64,000 bases of DNA from Alphaproteobacteria bacterium (GCA_017630405.1 JAGBVH010000009.1:14149-78148); one strand, 5' to 3'. Positions 10,555 to 19,038 are shown, counted from the stretch's first letter. Made by a program: numbers and translations. Notes: generated by a model from the letters alone, not told the origin.

Positions 10555-11481
10555 ATGTTAGATTCAATCAAGACATATTTAGCATTAAAAGACGGCCCAA
10601 ATATCAGCTGCGCATACAGCTGGAATTCGCCAGTTTTTCTGTTTTCAAATGAAAACATTCAGCCATATTTGGCCAACCTGACAGATATGACAGGCAAAAA
10701 GGTGCTGACCGTTGCGGCAGCAGGTGACCATGCATTTGAAGCACTGTTGGCTGGGGCAAAACATGTGGATACATTTGATATAAACTATCTGCAAAAGCAT
10801 ATTATGGAACTAAAGTCAAAAATGATTAAGCACCTGCCCTATGGTGAATTTATGAAGTTCTTTTTTGACAAGAATCACTTCTTTGACAGAAGCATTATCA
10901 AGCCTATATGGAAAACATTCTCGCGCGAGTTGCGTATATTCTTGCTGATGTATTATCATCATCACCAGCACAACAGTCGCCTATTCAGATATAATGGTGC
11001 ACAACACAATGAATATATGCCTGACATGATTTCATATGTATCGGACGAATTGGCATTTAAAGAACTGAAGCAAATTATGCCCGACAAAATCAGTTTCAAA
11101 GAAACAAATGTACTGGAACTTTCAACCAAGTTTGATACAGAATACGATGTTATTTTAATGTCCAATATATTTGAATATCTGTACACAGATACAACCGATA
11201 TTGCTTCAAGACTTAAGGTCTTTCACGCAAATGTATTGACCCCAATCGCCGAAAATATCCTGTCCAAGGACGGTGGCAAGGCTTGTTTCCATTACAGCTG
11301 GAATACTAATGTAGAATTGTGGAACCAAGGCCTTAAAAGTTTTGAACGACACACGCAGTATTCCATCGACAATTTTAACGAAACCAAGTACTCGTTTGAT
11401 GCTATTGGTGTGAAATCTATTTGTTCGCTGGCACCAAACGGACAAGACGCGATGCTATATATGACCCAGAACCAAAGATAA
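10555..11481 (+). CDS. DUF3419/BtaA-like SAM-dependent transferase, paralog 1
   Basis: FLFSNEN, VLTVAAAGDH, GAKHVDTFDIN, YDVILMSNI. Confidence 0.75.
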   Translation: MLDSIKTYLALKDGPNISCAYSWNSPVFLFSNENIQPYLANLTDMTGKKVLTVAAAGDHAFEALLAGAKHVDTFDINYLQKHIMELKSKMIKHLPYGEFMKFFFDKNHFFDRSIIKPIWKTFSRELRIFLLMYYHHHQHNSRLFRYNGAQHNEYMPDMISYVSDELAFKELKQIMPDKISFKETNVLELSTKFDTEYDVILMSNIFEYLYTDTTDIASRLKVFHANVLTPIAENILSKDGGKACFHYSWNTNVELWNQGLKSFERHTQYSIDNFNETKYSFDAIGVKSICSLAPNGQDAMLYMTQNQR

Positions 11482-11485
11482 AAAT

Positions 11486-12400
11486 ATGTTTACAAAACTG
11501 CCTGATTTTAATAAAGAAACGGTTTGTTCCAGTGACGGTTATCACAAGGAACTGCCTGCGTTTTTGTTCAGCAACGAAAATGTCGCAGGATATATCAGTC
11601 AGTTTGACATGAAAGGAAAAACAGTTTTGACCGTTGGCGCATCGGGCGATCATTTGTTCGAGTGTTATGCACATGGGGCAAAGCACGTGGATACATTCGA
11701 TATAAACTATCGCCAAAAACCAATTATGGAACTAAAAAATCTTATGATTCAGCATGTACCATATGAAGATTTTCTGGAATTCTTTTTTGATGACGCAAAC
11801 TTTTTCAATCCACAGATAATCGAACCAATTATACCAATGTTTTCGATGTCGTTGCGTATGTTTATGGACCTTTATTACAGTATGGGCAGCGCCGGTCGCA
11901 AACTCTTCGTATATAACGGCAAATCTAATTTTTTGGCACAGTACGACAACAAATATTATTCCAATCAATTTAAATATGATGCGTTGGGTATAGAACTGCC
12001 AAAAAAGATTAGTTTTACACACACAGATATCACAGGCATCAGTGCGCACTTTACACGCAAATACGACTATATCTTTCTGTCGAATATTTTTGATTTCCAG
12101 CATCACGAAATCACCGACAGTTATCAGGCGTTGGAGCATTTTTATCATCATACAATTTTGCCACTGGCTGCAAATAATCTAGCAACAGAAAACGGTACAA
12201 TTGTAATGGAATATCTGTGGGGAAACAGTGCATCAACACGCGGCGGCATGTGGAACGCCTGGGAAGAATTTTCCGACAAGCACAACAACAAAACCCACGC
12301 CACAGGTATACAAATGCGCAACATGTTTCTTAAGGCAATGCTAAGCCTTACGAATCGCGACAATGTTCTTTATATGACACAAAACATCAAGACAAAGTAA
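11486..12400 (+). CDS. DUF3419/BtaA-like SAM-dependent transferase, paralog 2
   Basis: FLFSNEN, VLTVGASGDH, GAKHVDTFDIN, YDYIFLSNI. Confidence 0.75.
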   Translation: MFTKLPDFNKETVCSSDGYHKELPAFLFSNENVAGYISQFDMKGKTVLTVGASGDHLFECYAHGAKHVDTFDINYRQKPIMELKNLMIQHVPYEDFLEFFFDDANFFNPQIIEPIIPMFSMSLRMFMDLYYSMGSAGRKLFVYNGKSNFLAQYDNKYYSNQFKYDALGIELPKKISFTHTDITGISAHFTRKYDYIFLSNIFDFQHHEITDSYQALEHFYHHTILPLAANNLATENGTIVMEYLWGNSASTRGGMWNAWEEFSDKHNNKTHATGIQMRNMFLKAMLSLTNRDNVLYMTQNIKTK

Positions 12401-12401
12401 C

Positions 12402-13271
12402 ATGACCAAGCAACCAGAAACTTTTATCGAACCAACATACGCGTTTCAGGACAAAGGTGCTGTGTATCTGTTTACCAATGAAAATATTTCTGGGTACATT
12501 GACAGGTCTGGCGATATTTCTGGGGCAAATATTTTGACCGTTGGCGCATCGGGCGACCATGCGTTTGAATCGTATCTGATGGGCGCAAAACATGTGGATA
12601 CATTTGATATAAATTCATGGCAGAAAAATGTTATCGAACTTAAAACACATATGATTCATCATTTGAAATATTCTGACTTTATGGATTTCTTTTTCGAAAA
12701 ACAAAACTTCTTTGGCACAAAAATAATAGAACCATTAAAGCCGCTATTTTCTGACGACTTAAAAACTTTTGTTTCATCATACAACACCAATAACAAACAG
12801 ATGTTTAAATATCTGGGGCCATGCGCACCTGATTTTATCATAGATCGCCTTAGATACATCAACAGCGAACAAAACTATGAAGCGTTGCGTAATGTGTTGC
12901 CGGACAAAATCGAGTTCAGACACTGCAATATTACACATATAGCCAACTATATGGACAAAGAATACAAGTTGGTTATGCTGTCCAACATATTTGAATATAT
13001 GTACAGATTTTTAAGCACCAACGACAGACGCGTCAATGAATTCAGCAACAACATCCTTGACAATATTGAAGAACATATAACACAGGATGGTCGCATATAT
13101 TTTCACTATGCGTGGGGTAGCAACGCGGCATCTTGGAACAATTTTCTGGCGTTTACGCAACAGCGTTTTAATCTGCCCAAGAACTTGACAGCAATCAGCA
13201 TACCATCGGCATTTAAAAACAATAAAACCGATGCTGTGATATACGCATTTAAAAGCCAGAATATTAAATAA
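12402..13271 (+). CDS. DUF3419/BtaA-like SAM-dependent transferase, paralog 3
   Basis: YLFTNEN, ILTVGASGDH, GAKHVDTFDIN, YKLVMLSNI. Confidence 0.75.
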   Translation: MTKQPETFIEPTYAFQDKGAVYLFTNENISGYIDRSGDISGANILTVGASGDHAFESYLMGAKHVDTFDINSWQKNVIELKTHMIHHLKYSDFMDFFFEKQNFFGTKIIEPLKPLFSDDLKTFVSSYNTNNKQMFKYLGPCAPDFIIDRLRYINSEQNYEALRNVLPDKIEFRHCNITHIANYMDKEYKLVMLSNIFEYMYRFLSTNDRRVNEFSNNILDNIEEHITQDGRIYFHYAWGSNAASWNNFLAFTQQRFNLPKNLTAISIPSAFKNNKTDAVIYAFKSQNIK

Positions 13272-13281
13272 TACTATAAGT

Positions 13282-13470
13282 CTGTATGGACTGGCATCCC
13301 CAGCAGGACTGTCTGATTCCCATATTCGCTTTCGCTCTATGGGCCCCTTTCGCTACGTAGGGTTCAAACTTCGTTTACACTCGTTTTCACCAACTGACGC
13401 CCCGAACCTGGCGCAACTTTGTTGCTTAATCGGTTCTCGCCCTGTGTGGACTGGCGTCCCCAGCAGGACT
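13282..13470 (-). repeat. tRNA-linked direct repeat: 29-bp copies (last 19 nt of tRNA-Arg plus 10 nt of trailer) with a 160-bp period
   Basis: ctgtatggactggcatccccagcaggact (13282-13310) versus ctgtgtggactggcgtccccagcaggact (13442-13470), 2 mismatches. Confidence 0.9.
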
Positions 13471-13527
13471 CGAACCTGCATCTAATTCTTAGGAGGAATT
13501 TGTTCTATCCTGTTGAACTATGGGGAC
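13452..13527 (-). tRNA. tRNA-Arg(CCT)
   Basis: Cloverleaf GTCCCCA...AATTC-CTCCTAA-GAATT...GGTTCGAGTCC...TGGGGACG-CCA. Confidence 0.97.
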
Positions 13528-13632
13528 AAGACTGCGATATTCTAAAGCATTTTTGCCATTTTTTCAATACTTTTATGCATCACACGGTTGACAAACCGCG
13601 CGTTTGTGTTATATTTATATGAACAAGAGGTT

Positions 13633-15447
13633 ATGTCAATGGCAAGAACAAAGACAAAATATAGTGCGACTTTTATAAAGAACGAAGAAACCATAGTGAC
13701 AGATGTCATTATGACGGCTTTGCCGTATGGCGAATTTGGCCCCCAAAACCCATTGCTTATAATAGACAATGTGGATATGGGAAAAGGTAAAAAGACCCCG
13801 CTGCCGGATTTTTCACATGTTATTATTGATGGGACATTTGACTGTTCGGACTATACCATAAACGAAACAAGCGTTCTGCCAACTGGTATTACAGAATTAA
13901 TATGTTTATATTCTATCAACAGTTTGTCCGCTTTGATTGGCAAATTACCACAAAGCGTTATGCAGGTGACTGTGCGCCCCGCTATATTGAACGCGATTAA
14001 AAAGAACCTTGACGAACACAAGGAAGTCGTTAACCAATTTATTGAACAATATCCCGATGTCATCACCACCGATGGTAAGCAAACTTTGACAGAAATTTTA
14101 ATGCTTAACGAACTGTCCAAGCCCGCACAAAAAACAACAACTATGGCAGAACAGCAAACAAACAAGCCAACCACACCAATCAAAACAAGCGATTGGTTAT
14201 CGACAGACGAGGTTATTAATATATGCACAGATTTGTCGGAAGAGCTGGCCGCACTGACACAGCAAGAATTGACACGTTATGTACAAATGGCACGTTCATC
14301 TAAATCAAACCTTAATCTTAGATGCCAGAAAATGCTGCGCGATGACGGTGTTGAGATTACCTGTATTCACAACAACGAAATAAGCAAAGTAATCGATTTT
14401 ATTAGCGCTAAAGTCGCAGAAGCACAAGAACAAAAAATCGAAAAACCAAAAGAAAAAAAGATAGAAAAAGAACAACCTAAACAAACCAACATTCCAGAAA
14501 AGACTCAGCCTGCGACACAGGAATTACAGGTAATCAAAATCAATAAATTTATTACTAAGGCTGCATGGAAAAAAATACGCGCAAAATGGAAAAACAATGT
14601 TGGTGCAATGTTAAGTGCACTTAGGGACATAGAAGTCATCAATGTAAACCCGACCGATACACAGGGCGGAAAAGTTCAATATGTTGAAGACGGGGTGATT
14701 AAAACATCTGCAAATATCGTATTAAAAAACAGCAACTATCTGGCACAAGAATTCGGCATACTGGACAATAACAATGCACGAATCATATGGACAATATATG
14801 GTAATACTTTTGTTTGTCAGCACTTCTTAAAAACGCATATGGATCCGAAAAGCAATTCTAAATATAAACAGATAATAAGAAGCAAACCCGTCGAACTATC
14901 GGATCAAGAATACGCAAAACTTCTTAGCGTGACTGAACTTATCAAAGAGTTAGAAGACGGTCGTGGGGATGCAACCCCGCCTTTGGATGAACTTGATGAA
15001 GATAACGAAGACGACCACGACGATATCGATACAACAGAAGCGCCAAAGGAAACAAATGCATCAGTCGATGCAATGGTTGATATGGACGCCCAGAAAGCTA
15101 CTACAGAAGCCATCACGCCAGAAACGCCTGTGGTTGATATTACACCAGTAAAACCAACAACCGAAAAAGCAACAAAAAAAGCAAAAAATCCTGTCGCGCA
15201 ACAAAAAACATGGCAAGCGTTGTATTCTATGCACGCGGAATTTACCACAACAATTGAAAATATAGATCTGCGCCAGAAACAAATCGCAGCCGAATTGATG
15301 ATTACAGAAACAGAAACATCAATCAAACTGACCGAAGAGTTGCAACAGTTGTTGGCCAAGAAACTTGCATACGAAGAAGGATTGAAAAAATTCCGCGAGG
15401 CCGCAACATATATGCACGAAATCCAACAACAGTTCAAAACAAAATAA
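13633..15447 (+). CDS. Large hypothetical multidomain protein (central RelE-like segment, acidic linker, C-terminal coiled coil)
   Basis: Long ORF with GAGG SD, upstream TTGACA-16-TATATT and a downstream terminator. Confidence 0.8.
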   Translation: MSMARTKTKYSATFIKNEETIVTDVIMTALPYGEFGPQNPLLIIDNVDMGKGKKTPLPDFSHVIIDGTFDCSDYTINETSVLPTGITELICLYSINSLSALIGKLPQSVMQVTVRPAILNAIKKNLDEHKEVVNQFIEQYPDVITTDGKQTLTEILMLNELSKPAQKTTTMAEQQTNKPTTPIKTSDWLSTDEVINICTDLSEELAALTQQELTRYVQMARSSKSNLNLRCQKMLRDDGVEITCIHNNEISKVIDFISAKVAEAQEQKIEKPKEKKIEKEQPKQTNIPEKTQPATQELQVIKINKFITKAAWKKIRAKWKNNVGAMLSALRDIEVINVNPTDTQGGKVQYVEDGVIKTSANIVLKNSNYLAQEFGILDNNNARIIWTIYGNTFVCQHFLKTHMDPKSNSKYKQIIRSKPVELSDQEYAKLLSVTELIKELEDGRGDATPPLDELDEDNEDDHDDIDTTEAPKETNASVDAMVDMDAQKATTEAITPETPVVDITPVKPTTEKATKKAKNPVAQQKTWQALYSMHAEFTTTIENIDLRQKQIAAELMITETETSIKLTEELQQLLAKKLAYEEGLKKFREAATYMHEIQQQFKTK

Positions 15448-15548
15448 AAAGTGGGACAATCGTCCCATTTTTTATTTTATTTTGATATTGCAAGCCACCA
15501 ATTCGACCTGTATAATACCTTGGCAAAAAAGTAAGGAACTTATCAAAA

Positions 15549-16487
15549 ATGGGAAACAGACTGATTGGGTACGGCTCTTATCTGCCGGAACGCGTGATGA
15601 CCAATCAAGATTTTGAAAAAATTATGGACACTTCGGACGAGTGGATTGTTTCCCGCACCGGCATGCGCGAACGACACATGGCACGCGACGATGAAACCGT
15701 TGTCGACATGGCAGCAATTGCCGCACAGCGCGCGTTGGATAACGCAAAACTGACCATAGATGATATTGATTTAATCATTGTGGCAAATGTTAGCGCCGAA
15801 TTAGACTTTCCGTCCGTTGGGTGCCAAATTTTGGGCAAACTGGGCGCGACCAAAAACATACCTGCCTTTGATGTTCGTGGGGCATGTACAGGCTATATAT
15901 ACGCCCTGCACTGCGCACGCGCGTTCTTTACTGCCGGCATCCATAACCGCATTATGATTATCGGTGCGGAAAAGATGTCACGCTTTATCGACTGGTCCGA
16001 CCGCAGTACCGCTGTATTATTTGGCGATGGCGCAGGCGCGATGATATTCGAACATTCCACATCCAGTTATTCTGGCATAATCGATACAGTGATTATGAGC
16101 GATGGCAACGAATTTAATATGCTGCATGGCTCAACCGACCACAGAATAATTATGAACGGCCCAGAAACCTATAAAAAGGCCGTACAACTGATGCCAGATG
16201 CCGCACGATACATCATGAGCCATGCTGGCATCACTGCAGACAATGTGGACTGGATTATTCCACATCAGGCAAATTTGCGCATCATTCAAAGTTGCGCAGA
16301 AAAACTGGATTTTCCGATGGAGAAAATTCTGGTAACAGTAGATAAGCATGCAAATACCAGTGGTGCATCTGGTGTTTTAGCATTGTCTTATGCGTTTGAT
16401 AATGATATTATTAAACGTGGTCAATTAATTTTGTATCCCGCGTTCGGCAGTGGACTGACCTGGGGCGCGGCTTTAATTAGGGTGTAA
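15549..16487 (+). CDS. fabH: 3-oxoacyl-ACP synthase III
   Basis: DTSDEWI, GACTG, LFGDGAGA, PHQAN, HANTS, GSGLTWG. Confidence 0.96.
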   Translation: MGNRLIGYGSYLPERVMTNQDFEKIMDTSDEWIVSRTGMRERHMARDDETVVDMAAIAAQRALDNAKLTIDDIDLIIVANVSAELDFPSVGCQILGKLGATKNIPAFDVRGACTGYIYALHCARAFFTAGIHNRIMIIGAEKMSRFIDWSDRSTAVLFGDGAGAMIFEHSTSSYSGIIDTVIMSDGNEFNMLHGSTDHRIIMNGPETYKKAVQLMPDAARYIMSHAGITADNVDWIIPHQANLRIIQSCAEKLDFPMEKILVTVDKHANTSGASGVLALSYAFDNDIIKRGQLILYPAFGSGLTWGAALIRV

Positions 16488-16490
16488 AAA

Positions 16491-16778
16491 ATGGCAACAA
16501 TAACAAGAAGTGACTTTGCAGACAGACTGCGTGAACGTTTTGGCCTGACCACAGCGGACGCATATAAAATGATTGATGTTATATTCGATGAAATACGCGA
16601 ATCTTTGGTAAATGGCGAAGAAGTTAAATTTGCTGGATTCGGCACATTCAAGATACTTGAAAAAAATGCCCGTATGGGCCGCAACCCCAAAACAGGCGAA
16701 GCCGCGGTTATTTCCGCACGACGCGTTGCCACATTCAGACCAAGTAACGAATTTCGTGAACGGGTCGCCAAGAAATAA
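16491..16778 (+). CDS. ihfA: Integration host factor alpha / HU-family protein
   Basis: GFGTF, GRNPKTG, RRVATFRPS; follows fabH as in Alphaproteobacteria. Confidence 0.85.
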   Translation: MATITRSDFADRLRERFGLTTADAYKMIDVIFDEIRESLVNGEEVKFAGFGTFKILEKNARMGRNPKTGEAAVISARRVATFRPSNEFRERVAKK

Positions 16779-16780
16779 GA

Positions 16781-16806
16781 AAAAACCGCCAGTCGGCGGT
16801 TTTTTT
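16781..16806. terminator. Bidirectional intrinsic terminator
   Basis: aaaaACCGCC-agtc-GGCGGTtttttt. Confidence 0.8.
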
Positions 16807-16826
16807 AGACAAGAAAGAAACTTTTT

Positions 16827-17276
16827 TTATTCAGCAATCCGTAAATTTGGACGCGCAGCGCGCAGATTCTGCATCGATTTTTCCTGGGCTGCACGAAATG
16901 ATTCTGGGTTCCAGATTTGAAAACTGTTACCACGACCAACAAAAACAGCAGTATCTGCAATCCCCGCATGCGCCAACAGGTCGGACGGAATAACTATACG
17001 CCCCGTCACATCAAATGCTAATGGGCGTGCATCCGCAAATAACAGCGCAGTCAAATCGTCAAGTTCGCTGTCAAAAATACCCATTTTATCGGTGGCGGCC
17101 GCCATCTTTTCCATACGAGACATCGAAAAACCTTCGATACAATTGTTAGTAAAAGAACGATATAAAACAACACCAGCAAAGTCTTCACCAGCAACCGAAG
17201 CACGAAAAGAGGCCGGAACAGAAATACGTCCCTTTGTATCCAAACGATTTTCATAAGATGAGAGAAACAATGACAT
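16827..17276 (-). CDS. mraZ: Transcriptional regulator MraZ
   Basis: Two AbrB-like motifs, LDTKGRISVP and FDVTGRIVIP; FQIW; start taken at MSLFLS. Confidence 0.93.
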   Translation of the reverse strand: MSLFLSSYENRLDTKGRISVPASFRASVAGEDFAGVVLYRSFTNNCIEGFSMSRMEKMAAATDKMGIFDSELDDLTALLFADARPLAFDVTGRIVIPSDLLAHAGIADTAVFVGRGNSFQIWNPESFRAAQEKSMQNLRAARPNLRIAE

Positions 17277-17336
17277 TACTTTCTTATGCTCTTTTTTTGG
17301 GCGGATTCCCGCGACCTCTTTGTACTTCAAGAAAGA

Positions 17337-17400
17337 ATGTAGCACGGCATTTTATGGTTGTCAATGACATTTTATAGTTTTTCTATGGTATTTTATGGTT
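17337..17400 (-). promoter_or_regulatory. mraZ promoter with four direct repeats (putative MraZ operator)
   Basis: Minus strand TTGACA-17-TACATT overlapped by ACCATAAAAT-like repeats in about 10-bp phase. Confidence 0.7.
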
Positions 17401-17660
17401 TAAATAACAAAAATTAAAAAAATTAAAATATTTTTAAAATAAATGCATTTTGTGCTTGACCTCCGATTCGTTTTTGTTCTAAGATGTTTGTATAGACAAG
17501 GAAGAAAGAAAGAAAAGCCCCAGATTTCTGCCAAGTCTGCAGATTTCTGGGGATTTCAAAAAAGGATTCAAAAAAAATTTTTAATTTTTGTAAATACCGA
17601 AGTATTTACATAAATTATAAGATTTTTTAACAAAAACACCCAGAAAGGAGGGGAACCGCT

Positions 17661-18002
17661 ATGACAAAAAACATTAAAGAAATTATGATTGCTCTGAACA
17701 AAGTCCTGACCACAACAGTTTGGGTTAACGAAGATCGTCAGATTATCTCTTTGGCAGACGAATTACAGATTGGCGTAAACAACACACCACGTTCTATTGA
17801 AGATTTACCACGCGCTTCTTTGGTTGGCGCATATGTATCCCTGCAGATTCGCACAGACAACTTTGAAACATCTGCGGAAAGTATGGATACAAAAACTTTG
17901 GCTTTGCGCGTAAAAGAAATGGTTTTCGCAGAAGCCAAGAAAGCCATGGACAGCGCAGACAACGCAACAACGTCCAACGAACAAGTTGCTATGGCCGCAT
18001 AA
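17661..18002 (+). CDS. Hypothetical 113-aa protein with C-terminal VAMAA
   Basis: Strong SD (AAGGAGG), own promoter and terminator, host-like codon usage. Confidence 0.85.
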   Translation: MTKNIKEIMIALNKVLTTTVWVNEDRQIISLADELQIGVNNTPRSIEDLPRASLVGAYVSLQIRTDNFETSAESMDTKTLALRVKEMVFAEAKKAMDSADNATTSNEQVAMAA

Positions 18003-18060
18003 TACCGGTCACAAGCGGTTCAAAGGACAAAAAGTTTCCGTTTATCGGAAGGAAGGGAGC

Positions 18061-18097
18061 AGCCGTCGTCAAGTAATTGCCGACGGTTCTTTTTTTG
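18061..18097 (+). terminator. Intrinsic terminator
   Basis: AGCCGTCG...CGACGGTT followed by a T-run. Confidence 0.7.
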
Positions 18098-18150
18098 CCA
18101 TTAAAAAATCCCCATTTTTGGGGATTTTTTTTAATTCAAAGCATACTGTT

Positions 18151-19038
18151 TTAATATTTCAGCGCACCTTCGCACGCGTCTGCAACTGTTGATGCGCGTT
18201 TGATTACGCTTATCTGGGTTGCATTAAATATTGTTGCTGCACCACTGGCAACAGTCGCCGTACCTGCCAGTACATTTGATGCAGTATTTAAATTCTTTTC
18301 CTTTTGATTATTTGCCATACGCATTTCATCGGTATTCGACAATGCGGACGTGATTGTACCCGCCGCACCGGTCGCCGCACCAACCACACTGGATGCAAAC
18401 GCGCCGGTCGCACGATTGTCAATCTTGCTTAAATCAACTGTTGACCATTCGTCACATACGCGTACGATGGTTTCAATACGACCCAAATCTTCTTCGGATG
18501 CTGTGCGTGATATACGCGCCTGACCATATGCCGCGGACAATTCCTTGACCGATGCAAGACAATCGGACACTTGTTCCGTCAGGCTGCCGCGGGCCTTTTT
18601 CATATTCACACCACCAACGGCCGCACCCGCGATATTGGTCGCAGTCGTTGCCGCCAATGTGCCTGTACGAATATTGCCCAGTGTTTCGGATTTTTTTGCC
18701 AATTCATCATATTCGTTGGAACCTTGCTCTGGCGCTTCATTATCAACTTCTACACACGCAACTACACAAAATTCTTCACCAGGAGGGCATGAAGCACATT
18801 CAAGTTTTTTATCAATTTTCGCCTTGGCAATACCGGTTCCCAATGCGACACCACCGGCCACAGTACCAACCGCCGATACCGCTGTACCAACACCAGCCAT
18901 GGTCTTCATTGTATTCAATTCTTCGGAAATACCGCCACAAGCAGCACGAGCCTTATTAAGTGCCGTTTCTATATCGACCGCTGCTTGTGCCGATGACATA
19001 ATTCCTAATAATGCAAAAACAGATAATGCCGTACGCAT
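18151..19038 (-). CDS. Exported hypothetical protein with four Gly/Ala/Thr-rich hydrophobic helices
   Basis: Signal peptide, internal two-fold repeat, spaced Cys residues. Confidence 0.8.
   Translation of the reverse strand: MRTALSVFALLGIMSSAQAAVDIETALNKARAACGGISEELNTMKTMAGVGTAVSAVGTVAGGVALGTGIAKAKIDKKLECASCPPGEEFCVVACVEVDNEAPEQGSNEYDELAKKSETLGNIRTGTLAATTATNIAGAAVGGVNMKKARGSLTEQVSDCLASVKELSAAYGQARISRTASEEDLGRIETIVRVCDEWSTVDLSKIDNRATGAFASSVVGAATGAAGTITSALSNTDEMRMANNQKEKNLNTASNVLAGTATVASGAATIFNATQISVIKRASTVADACEGALKY

Noticed and set aside
13282-13310. attL/attR of a prophage or island at tRNA-Arg
   Set aside because: The copy lies only 160 bp from the tRNA, encloses no genes, and no integrase is present; reported as a tRNA-linked repeat instead
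17423-17437. TTAA-N7-TTAA CtrA box
   Set aside because: It lies in an almost pure A/T tract where a chance match is likely
18030-18070. CGGAAGGAAGGGAGCAGCC resembling the SRP (4.5S) RNA loop
   Set aside because: The upstream CAGG half and the long helix are missing, and the 3' part is the stem of the terminator
18105-18132. Recurrent AAAATCCCC...GGGGATTTT hairpins (also near 22835, 26960, 28302 and 49465) as a mobile repeat family
   Set aside because: All sit at gene 3' ends with A/T tails and different loops, consistent with ordinary bidirectional terminators
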